Source: Paraspadella gotoi
Taxonomy: Eukaryota; Animalia; Chaetognatha
Assembly: GCA_051294375.1 (NCBI GenBank)
Contig: CM119269.1
Location: 17,033,143-17,097,142, forward strand
DNA: 64,000 bases
Direction of reading: 5' to 3'
A program made the position numbers and the translations under genes. Positions 10,301-21,400 of the stretch are shown here, one piece after another. The notes beneath the pieces were generated by a model. It saw only the letters and a list, made by a program, of their open reading frames with translations. It did no database searches and was not told where the DNA came from. The first letter of the stretch is position 1, and each line of letters starts with the position of its first letter.

Positions 10301-13116
10301 AGTATCTTATTAGATTATTAGTCTATTGTTTTTACTACAGTCCCTGAATATCGGTTGTGTACGTGGTTTTGATTAACTTTTAGGTTAATACTTAGTAAAG
10401 TATGAGTAAATGTTTCTTATGCCTATTTTTCGTGCATGTGCAATCACGGGACCATATAGAAATACGGTCAGGAGATCAGAAAGTCAATGCGGCATAGTTG
10501 GTGAAATACAGAAGGCTTCATATTATAAAATTTTTTTGTGACCAGAACACGTTCCGAGAAAACTACTGGACCAAATTTATTGAAATTTGGAATGAACAAT
10601 CCCTATGTGAATACAAATAGAAATATCAAGGCGAATTTCAATAATTGACCCCTGAGCCGAGATACCGGCCCTCTGGGGGGTCACCCATTGGGGCAAAAAA
10701 TGGTCAAAAATTTTTTACCAATTTTTCAAATATTTTTGTTTTGAACAGTCGCACAGACATTTACTATTCTACAAAAACCTATTTATTACCTCAAAAATGT
10801 TAGTTTACCTTAATTTTCATGAACATCAGCTGTTCAAGTCAGATTTGGAATAATTTTGGAAAATTGGAAGTAAAACGATGAACCATGCATCTTCAAACAA
10901 TGCTTAATTATTGAAAATTTATCAATTTTAGTTCTAAAATGTTTTTTTTACATGTTTAAAATGTAAATGCATCTGATGCTACTAAAAATATTAAAATATA
11001 AAAAAAAATTTTTAGCCTTTTTTGGCCCCCCAGGGGTCCAGCCCCAGGACCCCAGCCCCAGGACCCTGTATCTCTTGAATATCAAAATTCACCTCGATAG
11101 TTCCATTTATATCGTCATTAGGACTGTATATATAAAATTTTATAAAATTCGATCGAGTACTTTAGTGGGAACAGATTCTGGTCACAAAAAAGGGGTACTG
11201 TGGCGGTATATTCACACCGCCTCACGTCCACCATCGTTCAGCCAAATCCATTGGCTCAGAAGGGGAACACACCATCCCAGGCGTAGTGTTCCATCCACAG
11301 TCCTAACGACTTCCCTCTGCGTTGGCAAAGCGAGACCGTTCTAGGGTAACCGCGCCAGTGACTGGAAGTGTCACTGAGGGTCAGAAGCCCCCAAAGCCAA
11401 CAGTGAGATGCCCCATCCCAGTGGGCATCACAGGCAACCCGGCTGTTGCCATAGTACCACATTTTATAATATGAAGCCTTCTGTACTTTTTATCTCACCG
11501 TCTTGGTGTGATAATCGTTTAGAATTGCTTCTTTGTGCCGTCGTCGTCACTCTTATTATTTTATATAAAAACTACTACGGTTTATATAGGGGCTACGACG
11601 ACTTATAATTTTTTTTTTATATAAAAACTACTACGAATTACGATTGATTTTTATAAAAGTGTGTTATCATAGTAAGTTTAAAATCTAGATATTTCTTCTC
11701 ATCTTTAAGATCTTTAAAATTGTCATTTTATTTGAATTTCCTTCTCATTATGATTTACTGCAGTATGCAAACTAGAATATAGAACTTACTGTAATATGCA
11801 AATTAGTATATAGTATACTACAGTCCTGTGCGCGCCACTTTATGACTTTAAATTTTTTTTTTAAATGGAATCAATGTTTAAATTTTATTAAAATGGGTCG
11901 TGGTTTAAGAGATATGATTTTTTGAACTTGTTCCAAAACCAAAATTTACTTTCATCTGCATGGATTTTTTCTAACTAGAAAAATTATAAAATGAAAAAGG
12001 CTGTCATTGTGAAAAAGCTTTTCGTTTTGATATTCTGATTGTTCAGATACCCAATGAGTATATCTGTAAGATGAACACAAATTTTTAAACATTTTTTTTT
12101 TCATAAAAATTTATCTTATAATTGGAAGGTCTTATTCGAATGCAAATATTTTTTTTTAATTCGATAAGAAAGTAAGTAAGCTGGACTAATGGGAGTTGTA
12201 AAATAAAAAAATGTCAGCAATTTTTTTACTAGAGTACAAAATCTGAAGTCGCTATATCAGATAATTTAGGCACAGTATTGGATAATTTTATTTTATTCCG
12301 ATATGAAATCCGTATAAAAGCTTCAGAATTATTGTCTTTCATCGTATATTTTAATAACTTAAATTATTATTTAGGGTTTGGGGGCAATCCAGCTATCCCT
12401 CCGGATATGCAGTGTAATTTTTTGATATTTTTAATTTATTTTAAGTTTTGCAAAATATTATAAAAAAAAGATTATTCTTAAATTTATCAGATTTTTTTGC
12501 TTTCAACTTTGCAGTAGAGTACTCTATTTTAAAAAATAATTGCTCCTAAACGGATAGCCCAATTTTAATAAAATTTATGCTAAGATAATCATCTTTCAAT
12601 AAATTTTACTCACTTTTAAAATTTAAAAAAAAATTTAAGTATATAGGGTAATTTTTAAACTCTGAAATAAAGTGGCGCGTTTTTTTTTTTTGTTTTTTTT
12701 GCACCCGAATCCTTAAAGAATTATTTGGTTACCCCGACAATTTATACAATCTTTCATCAAAGACGATCGAAATTTTTGACGAACTTTGTGTTAACAAATA
12801 ACGAAGTTTTGTTGCACATACTAAGTCTAAGAACCATGTTTTTATTACCTAACTTATTAATTTTCTATGTTTTTATTTTGTTTGTCTGTTAATGTATTTG
12901 GGCATTAATCTGTATCATTACTTGATGCGAATAAAAATTCCCCATATATAGACTTAGTTTTTGGAGTTTAATTTTATTTGGCGTTAATTAAAAAATTCCA
13001 TGCGTTTTTAGGACATCATCGCCCATTACGAAAAACTTCCTTACAAACCGACTGAATGGGGGGCTAACTATAAGCTCAAATCTCCTACTTATTCCTTCGA
13101 CACTCCATTCGATTAA
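7373..13116 (+). CDS. CLIC: Chloride intracellular channel (CLIC/EXC-4 family), about 260 aa; exons 7373-7471, 8250-8411, 8489-8620, 9448-9624, 10137-10244, 13012-13116
   Basis: Motifs VDLFIKASTIDPDRKGACPICQRYFM, FLCGEQMTFADCELLPKLQHIRVA and AFTESCPADQDIIAHY. All five introns are GT-AG. Confidence 0.92.
7567..7648 (-). ncRNA. Type-P5 twister ribozyme (degenerate) in the 3' LTR; predicted cleavage between 7622 and 7621
   Basis: Reads GTGT-GA-TGG-TGTTGGCA-TAA-ACAA-CC-[CAGTGAC..GTCACTG]-CAGG-T-CCA-AAGC-CCTG. T1 CCA/TGG and P4 CAGG/CCTG pair perfectly. T2 is mutated (CC for GC) and P2 has one mismatch. Confidence 0.75.
7995..8076 (-). ncRNA. Type-P5 twister ribozyme (degenerate) in the 5' LTR; predicted cleavage between 8050 and 8049
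   Basis: Reads GTGT-GA-TGG-TGTTGGCA-TAA-AAAC-GT-[CAGTGAC..GTCACTG]-CATG-T-TCA-AAGC-CCTG, with P5 GCTGTT/GCCAGC. Confidence 0.72.
8780..9381. mobile_element. Foldback MITE (hAT-like) in CLIC intron 3, left end eroded
   Basis: Long internal inverted repeats, e.g. TTCATTAAGTGGGT / ACCCACTTAATGAA. The right end is ...ACGCTCTA. Direct repeat CTGCATAG at 8772-8779 and 9382-9389. Confidence 0.55.
11199..11453 (+). mobile_element. Solo LTR (255 bp) of a family related to the intron-1 element
   Basis: TGTGGCGG...GTTGCCATA with an exact 4-bp TSD GTAC (11195-11198, 11454-11457). It shares the 5' hairpin, CCATTGGCT, the twister core and the GATGCC..GGCATC hairpin with the intron-1 LTRs. Confidence 0.8.
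11321..11401 (+). ncRNA. Type-P5 twister ribozyme in the solo LTR; predicted cleavage between 11347 and 11348
   Basis: Reads GTTGGC-AAA-GCGA-GA-CCG-TTCTAGGG-TAA-CCGC-GC-[CAGTGAC..GTCACTG]-AGGG-T-CAG-AAGC-CCCC-AAA-GCCAAC. P5 and P3 are perfect and T2 is intact. P2, T1 and P4 each have a single mismatch. Confidence 0.75.
11486..11800 (+). repeat. Dispersed repeat family (probably HINE-like); further copies at about 17360-17745 and 17750-17950
   Basis: Shared blocks GCTTCTTTGTG..GTCGTC..GTCAC, TATATAAAAACTACTAC, TTTTATAAAAGTGTG..ATCATAGTAAGTT and CATTATGATTTACTGCA.TATGCAAA. Confidence 0.6.
11821..12710. mobile_element. Degenerate Tc1/mariner-type MITE, same family as 19994-21833
   Basis: TA|CAGTCCTGTGC start. 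Inverted GCGCCACTTTAT / ATAAAGTGGCGC. Shares GTGGTTTAAGAGATAT..TTTTTT.AACTTG with the 19994 copy. Confidence 0.55.
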
Positions 13117-14621
13117 TTCCAGTGTGTCCAGGTTTGTGAATTTTTTTACTTAAACTAATATTCAGTTGATTCGCTTAATATTTTTATTTTAATTTTAAAA
13201 AAAATTGTTTTCAGAAGTGGTGCCTTTTATAGAAGAATCTGCAATGCAAGTTATGTTTGTGGAGTTTGGTCCTTTATGCATTATTTACAGCTCATTTTTA
13301 ATAATGCTTTCATTATCGAATATCCTTTGCGAAAAGTGATTTTTTAGAAAGGTTGATTCTACATTCCCTATTATTCCAAATTTTCGAAGATTTAATCTAT
13401 GCAGTTGCAGTCCTTCCATTTTTTGATTTACTGATTTGTAAGTATTTTTAATTGTACAACAAGTTTGCTGTATTTTCATGCAAATGGAGGAAGCGAATAT
13501 TATCCGCTTAATCATCAATAACGAAAGTTAAGTATTTTTTAAAAAATAATATAAGTGCAATTTAAGCAGTCATTTAAGGTTTGCCTCGTTTTACTACTTC
13601 ACGCTTGTTTATTAGATCCACTGTACATGACAAATGAGATTCGAATTATGACCCTAGTATTCTAACCTTTCACTAGTCTGTTACTGTTAATACGTGTTAT
13701 GATCAGCGTATATGCAGATAGTCTACATAATCAATAGTGAACAAGCAATCAGTATATTTTGAAGTCCAATTAAAAGTAGATAACCTGCTTTATAAATATG
13801 GCTTTGAAAAATGTTGTACTTTTGCCGAATCCAAAGATGATATTTACTAAGTGATTTTCTAAAAAATTTTACAAAGACGGATTCAATTACAGTTTATTTG
13901 CCGGATATGACAGATTTATCATTTATGAATTAATTTAATAGAGTAATGGACGAGTAGTTAATATTTATCAATATAATTGGCTATATTTAATCGGTTATTT
14001 CATTGATTGTTTCATACTTATTGATGAATAATAACTTTTGCATATTCCTCCACTTATTTGTTTACTGTAAGGCTAAGCGAAATGGAATATCAGAGCATTA
14101 TCTGATTGTTACAGTTTAATCTGAAGACATATCTGGTGATCTTTGAATACATTTATAGTCTATACCTCAAAGGATAACGAATTTGAGTCTAAAATAGTGA
14201 ATACTAGATACTTCCAACTGAGAAGCTATAGCTCTTTAAGAGGAAAGGTCATTCAGCATAACAATACGTAATCATTGATGTATTAGAGCTAATATATCGA
14301 GAAATTTATTATAATCATCAGTAATCACAAAAAAATAAGTTTTTATTTATATGTAAACAATCTGTTTTTAATAATTTTTTTTAAATGGGTAAATAACAAA
14401 ATTGTTAAGTTAAATGGGTAAGCACATTTTTTAAAGATTTGTTTTTCAATCTGGTTGTTAAAATATTCTAGGTAAGAAGTTAAAACACGGTATGGGTTAG
14501 TTTAGAAGGGGAGAATTAAACAATTAATCTCGTTACTCTGTTGGTTTTCCAGTCATGAACAAAATCTTCAGTTAAATAGATGGTAAAGAAATTCGAGCTA
14601 CAATGAATCTACACTGAATTT

Positions 14622-14890
14622 GAAGAGTTGCAGCCTAAACGACTGCAATAATATTGAATTCAAAATTTGATTAGCAATCTTAAAAACATTTGTAAAAATG
14701 TAATAGAGACATTTTGATAAACGCGTTCCAGTTAGAAAGAATTCGGGGTTAAAGTTTAAAAACGTTTCATTTTCAAGGATACAAGTTGAAATTTAAAAAT
14801 GTCTCTCTATTACATTTTTCTAATTAAGTAATAAAAAATTCATAAAAAATATCAGATGGATTGGCATTTTCGTTTGATCTGCAACTCTTC
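14622..14890. repeat. Inverted-repeat (MITE-like) remnant
   Basis: Nested inverted pairs GAAGAGTTGCAG / CTGCAACTCTTC and AAATGTAATAGAGACATTTT / AAAATGTCTCTCTATTACATTT. Confidence 0.4.
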
Positions 14891-15441
14891 AGATAGGTTT
14901 CTTTTATTTTATATTATAATTAAAACCGATATAAAATGGGGTAGAATGCATCAAATGTTTAAAGTGAATACATTTTCGGAATTTGAAGTTGAATTGAATG
15001 ACCCTTTTTCTTAGTTTGTCGCAAATTGAAACTTGCTTCGTCACACGACCGACGAGATGAACAATTAGAAATTCAATAAAGAATACATTTTATTTATAGT
15101 CATGTTTCTCTTTATGGTTTTAATTTGCTATTTTCGTTACAGGTTATTTTCAATATCTTCAATTTCGTATATATATATATATATATATACATGAAGTATA
15201 TACATTTGCCAGTTAAACAGAATGACGGAATGTGGTGTAATTCAATGGAAAGGCAATAGAGGACTCTCGAGCTAGGCTGAACTTGTTTTGGATCGACAAG
15301 CATACGAATTTGCACCCGTCTTGTGTTAAATTCTGTATTATATTCTTTTGTCGATATTATTATTTATTATGATTACCACCATGATAAATGTATTTCCTGT
15401 ATAAAGTAAAACTTTGAGGTTAAAAAATCATACCACCAACA

Positions 15442-18400
15442 ATGAGTTTTGCCGATTATTCTCAGTCTTTCGATGATCATAAAAGTCTTTTGATATTAGT
15501 GAGACCTGTTGGATTAATTAAGGTATGTTGCTTAGAACTTTGGGTACAACTTTAGCTACTTTTATTGATATAACAATCATGAACGTAATTTTTTTAGAGG
15601 TAAGCATATCAATAATTCGAGATATTTTGATTTAGGTAAATGCGTTTAATAAAGTTTTTGACGAAATAAATGCTTGTAGCAATGTATGTCTTGCATCTGA
15701 ATCTTCCCGGCGTCATCTACGGCTACGGTGCGTACATTTGTTACTCCATTGATTTGTCCGTTAACAAAAATAATTTTAAACTAATCTCCCCTTTGGTAAA
15801 ATTTTACATTCACAGTCTAAAATCTCTCTCTCTATCTCTCTTCAAACTAAAAAGTCTGTGAAAATATTTGTTTCACAAATCAATTCGTTTTTGCGCTGAG
15901 TAAGGTTTACATTGAAGTAGAAACATGTCCAAATTTGTTTCTTAATAAAACTCGTTGTAGTTAAACAAACAAGGAAAGGAAAGTAAAAATAATATTTTTG
16001 TTATATTTTTTAAACGGTTAGCAATTGGGTTAAGGTTGGTTAGGGTTAGGGGTAGTTAGGGATTTGTAATAAGTTTTTCTCCCCTTTCCAGTGTCATTTT
16101 TAGTCGGATCTGTTTATCAGCAGATCCCGACTCTATAATTCACTTTGTCGGTCCGTCGGTCCGCCCCCCCAATCTTGTCGGGCATTTACTTGTAAGAACA
16201 TCGAATTATGATAAATTATGCAAAAAAAAAGATGTCCGTCCATCCTACTTTTAAAAAAAAACCAATTACTCGTGATTAGATGGATGGATTGGAATGAAAT
16301 TTTGTAAATGGTTAGGGAAGTGTGTGATTGAGCTGGATATGAAGTTTCGATGGAATCGTCCGAAAAAAACCAAAAAATATATTTCATTATTTGAACACCA
16401 ATGGGTGCAATTGACCTGAAATTTTGTATGTGGGTAGGAAAGTGTGTGATTAAGCTGGAAATCAAGTTTCGATGGAATCGTTTGAGTGGAAATAAGTTTA
16501 AATGGAAAAAAACAAAAAACCTGTTTCACTAATTGATTATGCTTCTTTTTCTTTTTATATTAAATGTAAATGCAAGATGTATTAATTAATCAAATAATTA
16601 ATCAGTTAATTAATTAATCAATTATTAATTAATCAGTCACTTAATCAAAACAAACATTTAATTAATTATTTAATTACCGATAATGATCGTGGGCAGATCC
16701 GACATTGTTTGCTCAACTTGTTTTTATTTTTGCGTAGCGATATTTATATACGTCGCTCATAAGAAGCGAAAAAAAAATGTTTTAAATTTAAAAAAAAATA
16801 TTACCTTATTACCCTAACCCTAAACCACCCCTAAACCCCCCTTAACCCTAACCCCTCCTTAACCCCGGTCGGCGAAAGTAAAAGTAACCACCCTAACTAC
16901 CCTTAACCACCCTTAACCTTAAATACTCTAACCTTAACCAAATCTTACCGGGATTTGATATTATAAAAGCAAAAAATAATGGTAAAATTTTACTTTCGGG
17001 GTTTTAGTATCTTTTGAAAAATATTTTGAATTATATGCATATATGCGAATAAAAAAATAACCGACTGGTTAAGTTCCGGTCGTCAAAAGTAAATATATAT
17101 AATATATATATATAGAAGTTTACCGATATCTAAATTTCGCCCCACAGATTTAAAAGAACTTGCCCTATAGAGAATAACTCTTGGGGTGATTTTCAAGCAC
17201 ATCGAAAAGTGGTTGGAATTCTTTGTGTTGCGACATTTGAAACTGAAGATGAACTAGAAGAGGCTTACAAACATTATGAAATTCTTAGGGATAAGTATTC
17301 CTCTACGTTATTTGATAGGTAAGCATTTTTTAAAACTCATTATTTTCCCCTCAAGTACTGACAGCCCGTCGTGGCGAGATAAAGCGAAGGCCAGGCTTCT
17401 TTGTGACGTAGTCGTCGGCGTCTTCCGCGTCAGCGTCACGCTTTTTTATATAAAAACTACTACACTTTGATAGTTTTGGCTGGGACTTACCGTTTTTTTT
17501 TAAATAAAAATTATTATGAATTAAGAATAAGTTTTATAAAAGTGTGCAATCATAGTAAGTTACAAATTTAGATATGGCTTCTCATCTTGCAATAGCTTTG
17601 AAATTTTCATATTACATTTGGATTCAAGTATTTTTTGTTTTAATTTCCACTTCATTATGATTTACTGCAATATGCAAATTAGATTATGGTACTTTTTTAT
17701 TAATTTTCTTTGATACTATACCTTAGCGAGATCATATACTTTAAGATTTCTTTTATCTCGTCAGACTGGCTTAAGCCTGTTTTGGGCGTAGATAACCATT
17801 TCGTATTGCTTCTTTGTGCTATTGTCGTCATCGTCACGCTGTTTTAATATTAAAAAGAGCTCAAGTATATAACCATAACCAAATTTAAATATGGTTTTTT
17901 ATCATTGAGGTTTTTTAAATTGTTATGTTTCATATTCCTATATTCATTTGTTTTATTTATAAAACAATTTATATATATATAGTTCAGCTCTGCAGCGGTT
18001 TTTTAGCTCTCTCTCTAATTATATGTTGCTCTTTTTTTCCCCTCACTGTTCCGATTCGTCTAAAAACGAGTTAAGCTCTGCAGCGGCTGTCCAGCTTCTC
18101 TCTCTTTTTCTTTCTCTATCTTTTTTTTCTCTTTTTTTTTCTCTCTCTCTTACTCATACACGCATTTGTTTGTTTTAAGATGAATGACTCATCGCATCAT
18201 TGAATGATTATCATCGTATCATCGAATGATTATCATCGCATCAATAAATGACTATCATCGCATCAATGAATGATTATTATCCCATCAATGAATGATATTA
18301 TTCCATCAATGAATGATTATCGCATCAATGAATCATTATCATCGCATCCATCATTTGGTCATCATCGCACCAATAATTTGATTATCATCGCACCAATAAT

Positions 18401-21400
18401 TTGATTATCATCGCATCAATATTTGGTTATCATTGCATCAATATTTGGTTATCATTGCATCAATATTTGGTTATCATTGCATTCAATATTTGGTTATCAT
18501 CACATCAATATTTGGTTATCATATAAATATTTGGTTATTTTTTTTTTTTTTTTTTTTTTTTTTATTTTTTTTTTTACAGTCGTATACTTCTACTTTGGAA
18601 ACGACGTTTATCGAGGATTGACGGCGAGACTTATTACGATCACGAAGATACAAAAGTATCGGAATCTATCGGTCCTTGCTTACAAATAAGTTCTGGAGGT
18701 AGAAAAAAATCTCCGATATTCATTTTTTTCCCCCACATTCACATTTTCCCCAATAAATTGAAGTTCAAAAAAATAGCCTAAAAGACGCTGCGATAATTAT
18801 TTTTCTTTATATGCATTTTCAGAGGCTGGAGAAACAGAGATTGATTCCAATAGTCCATCGGATTTAAAATACTCGTTTCAAACCTCAATTGTGGAAACAA
18901 ATGAACGGATTGACTTTTTAAGCATCAGCAAATCAGATGTTGAAGTAAGTTTTTTGTTTAAGCATTGATTTTTTCATTTTATTCATTGCACTATGTCATC
19001 GCATCGTAACTCGCCCTTTTCGGATTTTTTTACTATGAGCTCGTAATAAATGTCTAAGACAAAGCATATGATATGATTTAGCCTATAGCTATAAATTAAT
19101 ATTGGCCGAAATGTTTGTAAAGACTAATTATCCAAACTTCAAAGTTTTCAAGCGGAATTAGCAAAAATGTGGTCAACCATTAAGTTGCCAAAATTTCTAC
19201 TTTATAAAAAGTTTTCCTGGTAGCATAGGAGAATAATCTTTTTGGTGCAAAACATTTGCAGTTCATATTTAATCGGCTATAAATTGTTTCGCTTTTTCGA
19301 ACAATTTTTTGATGAGAAGTGCTTTTAAAACTAATCACAAGAAAACAATTTTCGCAGTGTTAAGAATCAGAAAAAAGCAATTATCAATAATATTCAATAT
19401 TTTTAAATACAATTGTTTGGAGATCATGTTCCAACGAAAGGATTTCGTATTGATTTTGAAACAGTTATAGGACAAGGGATTTTCAATTATTAGCCAGGTT
19501 TCTGCATAAAAAAGTACTCGTCAATGTGTAGTATACAATGAATACTATACATATATCAGAAGGAATTTTAAAAAATCAGCGAATAAATCATTATACAAAA
19601 TTCTACCTGGTAGCAATAAAGCATAATTTTTTTTTTCTGCATCGCTTTTGTGACATTTTCATATGTTTAATAGTCCAAATCAAGCGTGATACAAATCTTC
19701 TCCATTTGATTCATTTGTACCTTGATAATTTTTCTTAAAGATTAGAATAAAGAAATTAAAAATTCAAGACCCTTAAATACTTACGAAGAATGATGAGTTT
19801 TCTCGTTTTAAGGAAAATTCCTGAAGTAATAAATATTAACTATATAGTACAATAGTATTTATTTAACAATGAACTACTCTTACTCTGTTATAATATGAAA
19901 TCGGTATAACAAATAGTATGTAATTTATATGTAGGGCTGATAACAGATTGAACTATGGGCTTAATATCAATATCATTTCATTTAGCTTGACTACATTCAT
20001 GTGCCAAAAAAACGCGCGACTTAAGATTCCAGACGCTCCATATTTTTAAAAATTGTAAAAGAAAAATTTATTTTTAAATCGGTGTATAAATTTGATGACA
20101 ATCGATTAAGTGGTTTAAGAGATATAATTTTTTAAACTTGAGTGTTTTAAAAAATGTAAAAATCAAGTTTTATTTTATTTTTCAATAACTTTTGTTATTA
20201 ATATTATTTAAGCATCTGAGTCTATCCACTTTGAGAAAAAAGTTTCGTGGGTTAATATTTTGGTCAGTATTTTTACATTCGCTGATTAATCCAGTTTTAT
20301 ACCAAAGTAGAAACTTGCTCACCCGGAAGAAACCAGATTTTTACGAGTTTTTTGAAAAGCATAATTTTGTATAAATAAAAATTTTTAAACTTGAACATCT
20401 TTCGTTTTTTCTTTGTTAAAACTCGCGTTAGTTTTTTTGGACGGGTGAAGCCGCGAACCTTACTTTACAAGCGTGAAATAAAAATGATAATCTTAATACA
20501 AGGTAGGGTAGTGCGGGGTAATTCGGAACGCTATTGGAAGTATTCAAATTTTTCACTTAGTAAGTTTATTTTAATTTTCTGGTAATATATCTAGGAAAGT
20601 GTCACCGATACAGATTGATGTAGTCGTTTTTATCCTCCGGCCCCTAAGGGTCGCATTTTTTTTTTAATTGAAAAGTGTTCCGTTTTACCATACCCTGGAG
20701 TGAAACGGAACACTTAATATATTATGTATAATTTTTTAAAAATATTACAAAAAGTAATAACTGAAACTGTTATTTGGCGCATAGTGCCTCTCATTGATGT
20801 TTTATGTATACAAAATTTTACATTCTTAAGTGGGTAAAATAATTTTTAATACTATGTTCTCAATTTTGAAAAATTAATGACTGTCAATAGATACCAAATT
20901 TATATATATTTTTTGATTTATAGTATTTTTGATAAATTTTTTTTATTTATTTTCATTCCTAAATATCGTCCCCATCTTTCTTTTCAATTAATATTGGTTT
21001 TTTCCCTTATTTTTTATTTACAATGTTATTTTTTCTTATTCTTTTTATTTATCATTTTAATTTATCTTTTTAAATTGTATTTTATTTTCTATTTCTTTTC
21101 ATAAATTATTATATTTATATTAATTTTATATTAATTTCATCTTAATTTTATTTCAAACTAATTTTGTAACCATATTTAGGCGTTAAATTCCATTCCAAAC
21201 TTTTGTATATTTTTTATTGCTAAAAATTGATTTTTTACTGTAACATTAATTGTATAATAATTTTTTTCGACTAATTATTTAACAAATATTGCTAACTGTT
21301 GTCAATACTAAGTAAATTATTACTAACACGTTATAAAAAGCATAAGAGGTAACACAGAATACTTACTTTACAGGTGTTCCGTTTTACCCCAATTGTAGCT

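Larger units (their letters stand above)
10509..11483. mobile_element. TA-flanked TIR element (Tc1/mariner-type MITE) in CLIC intron 5, hosting a solo LTR
   Basis: Perfect 25-bp inverted repeat including the TA: TACAGAAGGCTTCATATTATAAAAT at 10507-10531 and 11461-11485. The inverted similarity continues inward (TTTGTGACCAGAA / TTCTGGTCACAAA). Confidence 0.75.

Noticed and set aside
11347-11420. Type-P1 reading of the twister, using the downstream GTGA-GA-TG-CCC as the 3' strand
   Set aside because: T1 cannot form three pairs and the other copies lack an equivalent strand. The upstream strand (P5 permutation) fits all three copies.
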